Assembly: GCA_051362555.1 (NCBI GenBank)
Contig: CM120641.1
Location: 12,400,001-12,464,000 of the forward strand
Reading direction: 5' to 3'
DNA length: 64,000 nucleotides
Source of the DNA: Lingula anatina
Lineage: Eukaryota > Animalia > Brachiopoda
Below are positions 25,286-36,938 of this stretch, in pieces (within the stretch, counting starts at the first letter, position 1; each line of letters opens with the position of its first letter). Under the pieces are notes generated by a model. It was not told the origin of the DNA. It saw only the letters and a list, made by a program, of their open reading frames with translations, and made no database searches. A program made the translations under genes and the position numbers.

Positions 25286-26442
25286 AACTGCAATATGCCC
25301 ATCTTTTTTGTGCTAGATCGAATGATAAATAGGTAAGTTACAACCAAAAGCTGACAATATAGTACTTGCACTATCCTAATTGCTAACTCCTGAATTTCTG
25401 ATGCTGCCTGTATGATGTCTTTCTTAGCAACGCCACTCCGGATCCGTCATATGATACACAATATGAAGAGTGGGCTCCCAAATTTGTCTATTCACATCTC
25501 ATACATGTATTTTGAATTTCACTCTTCCTTTTTCATGAATATATTTATACAGCAGTTCTATGGTTAACAAATTTAATCCATGAACAGAATAAATTGGTAC
25601 ATGAAATTTTTTGCTGATGTGGTGTACTTTTGCATATGGGGTCACACATTTGATCACCATTTTCACAAGTCTGCACCCCCAGCCCCTTCAGAAAGTACGA
25701 GGTGTAAATCTAAAAACGATGACCTTTGATAGCAATTTGGGTCATCATTCTTTTTATTTTTAATTATGTACAAAGGGCATTAACCCCCCCCCCCCCCCCC
25801 CCCCAGCGTACAGTTTGTAGACTTGTGGAAATGATGATAAAATTGGATGACCACGAAATATGTTTTTATGTATAAGCAATGCTGCACCTCACTCAGTCTA
25901 TATTTTGCTCTAGGCTTTGAGCTCTGAGCTTTGTAATTGAAAGTATCATTTTTAGATGTATGTTGTATAATATTACATATCGAAAACAGAAAAGTAGGTC
26001 AGTTTTTCTTACAAATATTTTTATTGAAAATTGTGTGAAATATGATCATCAATACAAAAACATTTATCAAAAGTATGTTATTCAAAGATTACTGATTGTA
26101 AAATATATAACCATTTCAATCTTTATATGATATCATAAAATATGTTAGTTATCTTTAATATAAAAATCTGTAGAAAAATTAAAAGCTTAAAACTTATTAC
26201 ACATTTACATGATATATAAATACTCCAATGATTCAAAAAGAGAAAACTTGATAAATACAAATAATTTGGTTCAAGTGGGAGTGAACCGAAATTGGTTAAA
26301 AGATTTCTGTCTTATAACCATAGAAACTGTTAAGCGTGTTCCTCATCAATTTCATTTCACCGGCATAACATAGGCCTTAATTCACATACACGGACATTTA
26401 GCCTTTACACATTATTTTCATCTGAAATTACAATTTCGTAAT

Positions 26443-29400
26443 TTAAGGGAATGTAATTTCGCGTTCTTCTGGGAGGGCAAATCTACAGATGAGGTCTTGG
26501 GTATCAAAGACCAGGCCGTTCAGACAACATAGGTGGAATGGGTTACCATTGGCGCAGTTGTAGTAACATCCGTTGTCATCAGGGTCGGGGAAGATGCCAT
26601 CGCTGGGACATACGAACGGTTCTAAAAGTGGAAAAAGAGTGATATATTAGACAGAGTCTGAAGTTACAGATTTTAACTGACTGAGGTATGTCACACAAAA
26701 TTCATTCTAAAATTAAGTGTTCATTAACTTCACTTATTTGCAGAAAAACTAGTTCAAATTGAAATAGCCTTTCCAATGACTTTCTAAGAAAATTTTCAAA
26801 AAAGAGAAAAGTTGATAAGTGGTTCCTATAACCTTCATAATATTTAACAGAATACTTTATAAAACATTGCGGTCAACATAGACTGATTTAAACTCAGTTA
26901 TAAACTTTCAAAATTGAAATATTCTACACGTAAATGAAGCACAGTGGAATGTATACTACTCACCTATATCTATGGGGCTTCCATTGGCACAAGATGGCAC
27001 GTTGTATTCGTAGTCGCAGAGGTAGGTCTTTGGGTTGTAGTACGTGCCTTTCGGACAGATTTTGTTGAATGCTTTATTCATGGCGCAGTGATAGAACTTT
27101 CTACAGTTGCTTGGATGTGGAAAATATCCGCTTTCACTTGGGCAAACAAATTCTGGAAAATCAGAGTCGTAACGTAACTACATAATTATTTCATATTTGA
27201 GAAACGATAAGCTACCCAAGCATTGATTTATTACTAATCGAGTATCTTAGAAGCAAATGGATGAAATTTTTTATTAAACAAAATTTTCTCATGATAATTC
27301 AATTATTGATTGAATGCATTGCGTGTTTGTGTCTGTGAACTTTCTACGGCTATACTGACCTCCGTTTGCTGCTGTAGTTGGAGGTTGGGTAGGCACAGCA
27401 GTGGGAGCTTGAGTTGGTGCGGCAGTTGGGACTTGAGTTGGTGCAGCGGTAGGTGCCTGGGTGGGTTTGTGAGTTGGTGCAGCGGTAGGTGCTTGAGTTG
27501 GAGCCTGAGTAGGTGGCTGGGTGGGTTTTTGAGTTGGTGCAGCAGTCGGGGCTTGAGTTGGAGCCTGAGTAGGTGGCTGGGTGGGTTTTTGAGTTGGTGC
27601 AGCAGTCGGGGATTGAGTTGGAGCCTGAGTAGGTGCCTGGGTGGGTGCATCAGTTGGTGCAGGCGTACCAGGTTGAGAACTACATGCTTGAAGACCAGCG
27701 TTTATAGTTCTAAGGAGAGGATAGTTCATCCCGTGTTTACAGAACTGTCCAGAGAAGTCGTCCATGTCTAAGGCCCACATATGGATTCCACCCAGCTGAT
27801 TGGCACATACGTAATCAGCCTGTTCAAGAGAAACACATTTTGAGTTTAGAGCTGCCATGGTGGCAAACGCTTTTTTGAAGAATTACTTATTGAATAATAT
27901 TTTTAATTCCTCTTATGTTTTTTAGCTAACGTTTTAATTTTGCATGTGAAATTCGTTCAAAAACAATGAGCCTTTTCAATTGAATAAGGGCAGATGCTTA
28001 CCTTAATTCTCATACTTGTCATGTCATCGTACCCCACCCACTGTAGAGAGACTTTGTCGTAGGCATAGGGTACTTTGTGTTCACTGTTGAATACACTTGG
28101 CCAAGCATTTTGGCAGACCTAGAAATTTGATGAGTGACAAAGTTTTCTTTATTATGGCATGTTACACCTTCTATGTATATAGTATTGGTTTTCTTAAATA
28201 CCAAGGCCTCTTTGAGTAGATAAAACAGAACACCTTAAAGAAACTTGTTTGAATGAAGAGTATTTCTCTGGCAATCTAAAATCATCCGTAGCTTTCTCAC
28301 CTCATAAAAAACTCTAAGGGCCAAATTGAAAGAGAACCTGTTGATGTGTAACTTGAAATCATAAAGGAGTCTCACCTCATAATAACCCAAAAATCCATTT
28401 TCTCTGGTAAATGGCCCTGGACTCCCTGCTCTAGAAGCGGGATCCCCCAAGTCATGTCTGTTGGCGTCCTGCATGGTGAAGGAGCGACCGTATGAACCCA
28501 CTCCCAGGAGGAGATTAGCTGGGTCGTACCCTTGAGCGATCCAATACTCCACGGAAACATGCTAAAATAAGCACAAGATTCGTAAATTATTACACTTTGT
28601 AAACAGCCTCGTTTATATTTTACTGAGTGAAAAGGTCCTTGTACACAATTTCAAATCAATTCCTAAAGGATGCCACGGTCATATATCTATATTTGTTGTC
28701 TATTTTTTTAATGACTATAGGTTTTTTATATTTTCATTTAGTTTGATAATCATTTATTTATTTGCAAAATTTAAAATACATAAATATCTTACAGCGTTGA
28801 GTTGGTTCTGGGGGTAGGTTTCATCCGATCTGGGATACAGAGGAGAGTTGTGACCAAGGAAGTTTTCCCAGGCGCCATGGAGGTCATAGGTCATCAGATT
28901 AGTCCAGTCAAGGTACCTAAAATTATAAATATATAAGGTCGTATTGACAACTAAAACTTTTTGCTTTCGTTTTCACGTTGAAGCGGTGCCCTTTTGAATT
29001 TGGATTTCAAGCAAAAGTAAATGCACCTAAAATAGTTCAATTCGGATTATATTAAGGCGAACAGGGAGAACTACCGGTGAAATCTCTTGGAAGCTTCTTG
29101 GAATATTTAGACATGAAAGTGGAAAAAAGTCTTACTTATTCATGACAGGAATATCGTATCCATTCTTTGCCTTCTCTGCAGTCACACCGACCGAGGCAGT
29201 CACTAACAAGCGCTCGGATCCACTTAATGCCGCCTCTGCGTCAAATGCCTCCCTCGATTCCTGAAAGCAGATAAACAATTACATAAACATTTTCCCTAAA
29301 TAGTAATAATATGGTGTGCTTATCCTATCGAAGACCATGTAAAAATAATTTTTTGATTTACCCTGTTTCCATTCTCAATAAATCAAGTTTAATAAACAGT

Positions 29401-30955
29401 TAAATAAATCCTCCTGTATGCACCGCATGCAATATCTCATAATCGAATCCCATACGTGCTTTAAACACAGACGTCGAATTAGTTTCCACCAAAACACCAT
29501 TATCTCTGCCTTATTCGTTCCACTATTCTGTATGCGATACCTTGATGTAATAGGCATTCTGACTTATTTCTGCTTCTTGATGAAGCTTTACTAAGACTAA
29601 AATATTGATGAGTAGACATGACATGTTGTAACTTCTATTTGAACATTTTGAAAGCCGTTAATTCATATAATGTAATTAAAACCATAATGAGATAGCATCT
29701 TGGGTATTGTTGATTGCTCAATTGCAAACGTTAATGCATGGAAATTGTGCACCGCGACTTGATCAGTTCCTAAACTAGCTTACCTTTACTAAATCAGAGA
29801 ACTGTTGTTTTGTCTCGGGGCCACTCCCCCTATTAGCATCCCCGGGGTATTCCCAGTCATAGTCGAGACCATCAAAGTTATACTTTCTCAAAAAGGAGAT
29901 GACATTTTTGAGAAACTGGGCTCTTGTAGACCTCTGCTTGGACATGGAGTTGAATGTTGCTGTGCCGTGGTTCCATCCTCCCGCTGCCAACAACACCTTA
30001 AGTTTGGGGTTTATTTTCTTCAGCGCCATCATCTCGGCGTATTTAGCTGAAAAGATAGCGAGGTTTGTATTAATGAGAATGTCAAAATCATACATAATTA
30101 ACTAATCTGATGATGATCCATTTTGATAATCAAATGCAATTTACCCATCGTAGAAGCCCCTGGGTGATACATGTAACTACACACATTTATTCTGTATTCG
30201 TTTAGAAAAAGTATACAATTACCTCTTTCTTCTGTCTCTGCATAATGCTTTTTCTTTCCTTCATACATTAATCGACGTGAGCGTTTCTTAGATTTATAAA
30301 TACGTTTGCCCTTTGTGCCTACCTTCATCGTTCCACTCGATCATCTGAAGGCCCCACTCTCCGTTCTCCAGGCCCACGTTAGCAAAGGCATAGTAGATGT
30401 GTGTGCATAAGTTAGGATCTATGTTTCCTGGGAAGAATTTTCCATCCCCTGGTCTATACTGTGACCAGTTTGTGTACCAACAGGCTATTCTGAATGCATC
30501 TGAAAATTGCATATAACGGTTAATACCATAGCAGGTTTTCATGACAGTACCGAAAAAGACAATTCTATTTTCATACACAATGAATTACAAAAGTAAAAAT
30601 GATATGTATTTGCGGGCAATTTGCGTTCCATTTAACACATTTGTACACGTATCTATATAAGACAGTTATGTGATAGTACTACATGTGCAAATTTCATTCA
30701 ACATTTTAGGTACTTACATGTAAACGGAACGATGATGGCGAAAGCAAAAATAAGTTGGCTAATCTGAAAGAGAGAGACAAAAAAAATAGGTTTAATCTCA
30801 CGTTAAAAAAAAACAAAAAAAAAAAAAAAAACAGATGAAAAAAATAATAACTGAGAATACAAGAATGACATTTGGTTGAAATGAAGAATGATTTTCCTAC
30901 AAGAGGAAAAGTCCATCGCAGAAATCTCCCTCCTACTTTGTTTGATACGTACCAT
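26443..30955 (-). CDS. GH18 chitinase C: close paralog of B with signal peptide, shorter PT linker, 2 x CBM14
   Basis: Approximate exons 30953-30955, 30718-30763, 30323-30499, 29784-30046, 29136-29260, 28793-28916, 28376-28561, 28002-28117, 27360-27819, 26964-27152, 26443-26621. Same intron positions as B; [11 protein letters not shown] intact. Confidence 0.95.
27378..27666 (-). repeat. Coding 12-nt tandem repeat with a 60-nt higher-order unit in the chitinase C linker
   Basis: [20 protein letters not shown] units; consecutive 60-nt stretches near 27481-27600 are nearly identical. Confidence 0.92.
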
Positions 30956-31066
30956 TGTGTTGCTCTTCTGCGTCTAGCTTTGGTTAAGAGATTCGCTTTA
31001 AGTTTCTTCTTTGGTTCTGCAGTCTACTTGTCAGTAAGATTTGTTGAATCGCCAGGGTCTTGGCCC

Positions 31067-31074
31067 TTTATATA
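31067..31074 (-). promoter_or_regulatory. TATA box of chitinase C
   Basis: TATATAAA on the minus strand in the context 'ccagggtcttg..cctttatatat' shared with chitinase B. Confidence 0.7.
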
Positions 31075-32577
31075 TACTCAAGCCCGAGCAGGACAACTTG
31101 TCACACATGGTCACGGTGATCTGCACGTCTGGACGACGTCATCCGTTATATGACACACTTAATGATAGACATGTCCCCTAATTTTTCCTAGATATACATC
31201 AGTGTCCATTTTCAAGCAGCCTTGATTTCTAACTGAGTTCGTTTTGAACTAAAGAAGGCGAGTTTACATTAAGGAAAGCTTAATTCGATCTAGGAGCGAA
31301 ACTGTTGTTTATTTGGTTAAAAACTACTAACGTGTTCCTAGAATGCCTGTGCAAATACAACTCTCTGTATGATGTAATACAACTGATTTGCACCCTTGAT
31401 ATATACAAAGATAGAAGTTGTGCTTCTAGATCGAAAAAATTCCCACGTGTAAACACTCCTTTCAAGAATAAACTGCAGGTATGACAAACGAGGTTAAATT
31501 ATGAGGAAGTCAGTGCTGTGAGTAAGGTCGTCTGTGTCCCTGTAAGTGTGAAGCACGCTTTCTCATAACCGGGAAGTTTGCGGTCCTTAGATCAGTTTAT
31601 CGGTTTTTACAGAAGTGATATTTATGTTTTTATATATTAATCATACAGTGTAGATAAAATATTAGGGGTTGTATCCAATATTGCGGACGGTGCAATGTAT
31701 CTCTCCATGCCATGATGTCAGTTGACTGTGGAGATACGAACATCCTCAAAAAAATTGCTATTGGGTGTCCTGTGTATTTATTCATTCGACTGCCCCTTTT
31801 TCTCCTTATTTTGACAGTGATGATATTAGTGATAAGTTTTATTTGAGGTGTGTTGGTGGTCAATAGCCGTATTTTCATTTTTGCAAAGGCTTTAAATGCT
31901 TCGACATGCAAGCTCGCAAATGAATCTTTACATTTGCATCGAACTTATATTAGGGGTGGGCAAATGACAAAATTTTTTTAAAACAGGTGGATTCTATGGC
32001 CATTTTTGCTGCTGAACACAAATCTGACAATATTTTTTACCAAAGCTAAAGATTTATATTGGTATCTGCTATTTGTTTGTGAAAAAAGGCAGGAAATGGC
32101 TTTTTGGCCATATTTTCACAGTAAAGTACATAAAAATGATGTGTAATATGTCTTTCTATATGTTTTGAGGGTTGCTGAGTTCAAATATGAGCATATTTAA
32201 GACATTGGCAATATTGTTAGGGTGACATCTGTAAAAATATGTTATTTAAAACAAACATATACATAAAATACACAATTCGAGCCTAAGATAAATATAAATA
32301 ATGGCCATTATGTACATACTGAATTCATAGATTACAGTTTGGTATAAAAACAATGCTGAAAATATCTTCATGGATGTGTACCAACAAATTTTATGCTGTA
32401 TAATTTTCCTTTTCTTCAGAACAGGTAAAACTTTGTCAGGTGACATCAACCTCTTACAATCTCTAAGTTCTTGACCTTGGAATAGTACTTAGTTTCAGTT
32501 GCGTAGTTTAAGAGTATCTCACCAACACCATGAAAGCATCAACAAGAAATACACTGAGACCAGAAGGCACTGTAAAG

Positions 32578-33022
32578 CCCCCTGTCACACTTATTTGGAA
32601 TCTGAAGTGATCAAGCAGAATGAGCAATACACTGAGACCAGAAGGCACTGTAAAGCCCCCTGTCACATGTACTTATAGTAACTTATAGTAACTGGCTCGC
32701 GCTGCCAGTATTTACGCCGCGGGATATTCAGTGCACAGACCGTGATCATAAGACATACCGCGAATAGAAAATAGAATTTAGAAAATAGACATTGCATGTG
32801 AACGAAGCCTTAGAATACACTTGAATGCCATTCGATATTTTCCCACTTGGAATGCACTTCGAAAGTTTTGAGAATGAGCAAAACATTTTAACAGGATGCA
32901 AGAATGGCCCAAACATTTAGAATGCGCTTAGAATTTTTAGATACTTCAAATATCCAGGAATAAACAAGAAATTTTCATTCCGACTACATTCTAGCTCATT
33001 CCGCCTCTAGTGTGACTAGGTT
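32578..33022. mobile_element. Possible nested MITE with a 40-bp direct repeat at its left end
   Basis: Imperfect inverted termini 'ccctgtcacact' and 'agtgtgactagg'; 'aatacactgagaccagaaggcactgtaaagccccctgtcaca' is present twice (about 32548 and 32626). Confidence 0.45.
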
Positions 33023-33039
33023 ATAAATGAAGACAATAA

Positions 33040-34076
33040 GGATATTGTCACCGTTCACCCAAAACTCCTTATTTACTGCCTTACATACGTTCTTTTCGAT
33101 GATAAATAAATTTTCAGTGTTAAGTGATAACATTAATTAACATTTACACATGTCATCTTACGGTTGACGGCATAATTGCAGTTTGGGGGTAAAAACTGAA
33201 AAATCGGTTTCTCAAATTTCTGTTTTACCTGAACACCCGTGATAACTATTTCAAAGCCCAATTTAATGACACCATTTAGTACCCCAAAACCCTGCCAGTG
33301 ATTTTTTAAAAGCCTTAGTTCAGATTTGATCGTTGATAAAGCAAAATAATACCTTTGTTTTTAGAAGATCTGTCATTACAGACTCATAACTCCATAACAA
33401 AAGCATTTAAACCAAAACATTGGCATGGGATTGTAGCTCATGCTCTTGTGGTCCATTGGCCAATTTTCATGATAAAATCTTGTTCAGGGATGAAGTTAAA
33501 GGGATAATAACTCTTCGTATGAGATCTATATTTCACAATAAAAACCTTGTGAATAACTCATAGAAATATAATATATTCTGTTTTACCACAAAAACAGCAG
33601 TTATAGCTTTTATTCTGATATTTGAACTTGTCTTTAGACCACGTGACCTCCACTGATGTCTATACTCTGTTAAAATCTCTTAAGAGATTTTAACAAAAAA
33701 CCAAACTTTTTAGAAAAAAAACAGGGACTAACTTTGAATGTAAAAATGGATTCATTAACCATTGGTAAGTATGGGAAAATTGTTGTTTACTCCAGGAAAA
33801 TTCATTTTTTGGCCGAAACGAAGAGTTATTATTGCTTTAAGCCCCATAGGATTGCTAACTAATCTAAAAAAAGAAAGCTGTTAAATAGATGATAAAAACT
33901 TTGAGTTGCTTATGCTTATACATTGCAACGAAAAAATATAAACGCTGATATTTCATATTTTCAAGAGTTTTTACATTGTTACAAAGCAGCACAAAGACAG
34001 TTACATCATTGAATAATTAGATGCAGGAAAAAACTCATTTTCGGTATCTGGATGGTAATAAAGAGTAACAATATCC
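33040..34076. mobile_element. Nested TTAA-type (Kolobok-like) non-autonomous element
   Basis: TIR GGATATTGTCAC...GTAACAATATCC; flanks ATAA (left) and TTAA (right). Confidence 0.65.
33500..33836 (-). mobile_element. Innermost TTAA-flanked MITE (family shared with 1473 and 61122)
   Basis: TTAA|AGGGATAATAACTCTTCG...CGAAGAGTTATTATTGCT|TTAA. Confidence 0.82.
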
Positions 34077-35507
34077 TTAATGCTCTGCTACTGAGTGTTC
34101 TGCTGTAAATATTCCCGTATGTAACTAACATTATGCCTATTCTATATGTCAAAACTTTTCAGTTTCATGTGATCCTTGGAACAATATTGACCATATTTGT
34201 TGTATTATTGTTTTTCGTAATTTAAAAGTCACAGTTGCATATAAACATTTGTATTTATGTACACAGAAATGTTGATTTTGGGGTGATTTTTACCTCAAAA
34301 TGACCAAAAAATCCTCTTTTTAACCCAAAATGAAGTGACCCAACCGAAATGATGTATCTATTTGCGCTCATTGATCATGAAATCATATGGTTAGACATAT
34401 AACAAGCCATGTTTGAACTGATATTTAAAGATTTACATGAGAAATATGTGATTTGAGGGAGCGTTTGGTGGCCATTTTGAAAAATCACTTGATACCAATA
34501 TCAGATCTAATTTAAAATGAAAATACTTATTAGATTTGTATTCAGCAGCCAAAATGGCCATAGAATCCACTTGTCTGATATTAAATTTCCCAAAAAAGCT
34601 TTCATTTGCCCACCCCTACTTATATATGTACATTCAATCTACAATTTTTTTCGCTCAGGAGATTGCATTTTTTATACTCAAACAGATACATAGCAAATGT
34701 TAGGAAAAAACGTAAATAACACGTTTTATTATTTGAAAATGATGAAGTCGTTATATATTTCAATATATGACGAAGTGCAGCTTCCGTAAATGTGGATGTC
34801 TCAATGGGCTTTCCATAATGAACCGTACTCTGTTATCCTGGGCCTAGTAATTGGATATCTCATCATTTCTCAAATGTTGTTTCCGAGCAGGTACAATCTC
34901 ATCAGATAAGATACCCCCCTCCCGCACAGCTCAGTACGACCGGAAGAACTCATTGATAAAGGCGATGACTCGAAGTTTCTTTCGTTATTTATTTCTGCGC
35001 TTACTCATACAATGTGTAGTCGTTTGAATATGCAAAGTAGGTCTTGTAAGGCCCTCTAGCCTCGTCCAAATATGGTTAGCGTTTGTTTTCTCTTGTCCAA
35101 TTTCTTTTATGACGTGGAATATCCAAGTTATTTCAAACTGGAATTTAATGGTCCGTTCTTTTTAAAGAAAATATAAAAATTGTTATTCAAATTATGAAAA
35201 TCGCGCGGTGCAGAATTACTCTTTTGTTTTCATTTTCTAATCAATATTGAGAATTAATTTCATTTTAAATCAGTGTGAAATGAAAAATGAAAAAACATAA
35301 TTGGATATGGCATGCATCACCTTTCTGTCTATTTTTTAAGTTTTTCAACGTTATACCAATTTCTTTATTTTAATTTAACTATAATTAAAACCTCAATTAT
35401 CTTAATGCCAGCATTGCCTTTCCTAGCCTCACTTATGGTAATGTGCGACTTTTCAAAACGTAACATCACAGTTTTTTGTTGTTTGGTGGGTCCCGGTCTG
35501 TGCGACG

Positions 35508-36530
35508 AAGATAGCAATTGCCCTCACCACAGGTCCCCAGCAAAGTCATCGATGTATCCAAAATCAAAAACATGACCCCGCCAAGCTATACGGTACCTGT
35601 GTCATTTGCCGGGAACAAGAAGAAACACCTCTTTCTGTTTCAGGTCTATCAAAGATATTAGATTAACTTAATATCTAAGTAAAGTAAAATATCTAACTAA
35701 AGTAAAATATGATATACTTATTTATGGAAATCATAATTATTACCAAAAATACTGATAAACATTTACAGTTTGATGACCTGTTCGGTATATGAAAAAAATA
35801 TCATAATTCTGATTATAGCATAGAAGCAGTTACGACCATGGTAATATAATAATTTTATAAATAAAAAATAATAAATACCATGGTTGATACAATTTGTCAT
35901 TTATAGTTAGAGACTAAGGGAAACGACCGTTATCACTTACAATAATCACTGCCGTGGTTTATCAACTCCCAATACTTGAGACGTCATCAAACCCCACCCA
36001 TTCGTACCCGAACCAATCAAAGGGCCCTTGTTGCTTGGGATGGGCAACCTCTGGCCAGTCACTCTCTTCACGATTAGCACACGCCTTATATGGAAGTATG
36101 TATTTACTGATAAGGCGTGTACCACAGGGCAAACTGTAGTTTGCTCTTGTAATGGGCTGTGCACAGTAAGTTTCCTTGTCCGTTCCCTGGTCTACGCATA
36201 TTAAGCCTTTGCTGTCAGAGGCCAGATGTACCAGATGCGAAAACCCCTCAGGGGACGTTGTGCAGTATAATGTGCAAATTTGATTATTAAAGAAATTGAT
36301 GGATTAATCGAATACATAAAATTACCTGTATATTAAAGCCGTTGCGAAAGATGTTTGCCTTCATACACCCAAAGATTAATGTTACTAGAATGTTCTAGGC
36401 CTACAGGGCCAGGGAGATTAACCAAATGTAATTTTGAACGAGTGAAATATAAGCTTTTGTGTATGTCGAAGAAGTAAATAAAAGGTTTAGGGCACAGCCA
36501 GGTCTCTGGTTCAATCCTGTCTGGTGGCAT
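35508..36530 (-). pseudogene. Decayed fourth GH18 chitinase paralog
   Basis: Three collinear remnants: PPDRIEPETWLCPKPFIYFF (compare FVPGDIDPSLCTHIIYSF) near 36470-36530; exon 35965-36084 ACANREESDWPEVAHPKQQGPFDWFGYEWVGFDDVSSIGS* (compare VCQKAWP...KVPY...WVGYDDMTS); and frameshifted LGGVMF..LD / DDFAG / TCGEG at 35508-35585. Confidence 0.72.
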
Positions 36531-36938
36531 TACCCTTTAGCTTTTCGATTTTTTGAAAGAACCTTTATTATGATCAATTTAAGTCCTAGGGTTTGAGTAC
36601 ATCAACAGTCTTTCTGTTATCGTTTGGATAATAATTTAATGACTATTGCATAAATTTTCACACAAATTTATTCATTCATACACAAATTTATCATAAATAT
36701 TCATTGTACAACGGAAAGTGTCAGTGCTATCTTACCCTCAAAAGTCTCCTTTAGTTGTTACGGAATTTTACATTATCTTTCATACAATTTTGTTACAGCT
36801 AAGGAAGACCTCCTGTAGAGGATGGTGCTATCTTAATATATGGGCAACGATTTCAAAAATACATTTGACATAAAGCAGTAATTGTTCGAGTATATATACA
36901 GTGTTGTTCGCTTATGAAAGACAGTCGAGATATAAAGG

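Larger units (their letters stand above)
31951..34618. mobile_element. Non-autonomous DNA transposon with TAGGGGTGGGCAAATGA TIRs and 7-bp TSD (hAT-like)
   Basis: Left end taggggtgggcaaatga...gtggattctatggccatttt.gctgctgaa; right end ttcagcagccaaaatggccatagaatccac...tcatttgcccaccccta. CTTATAT flanks both ends (31944-31950, 34619-34625). Confidence 0.88.
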
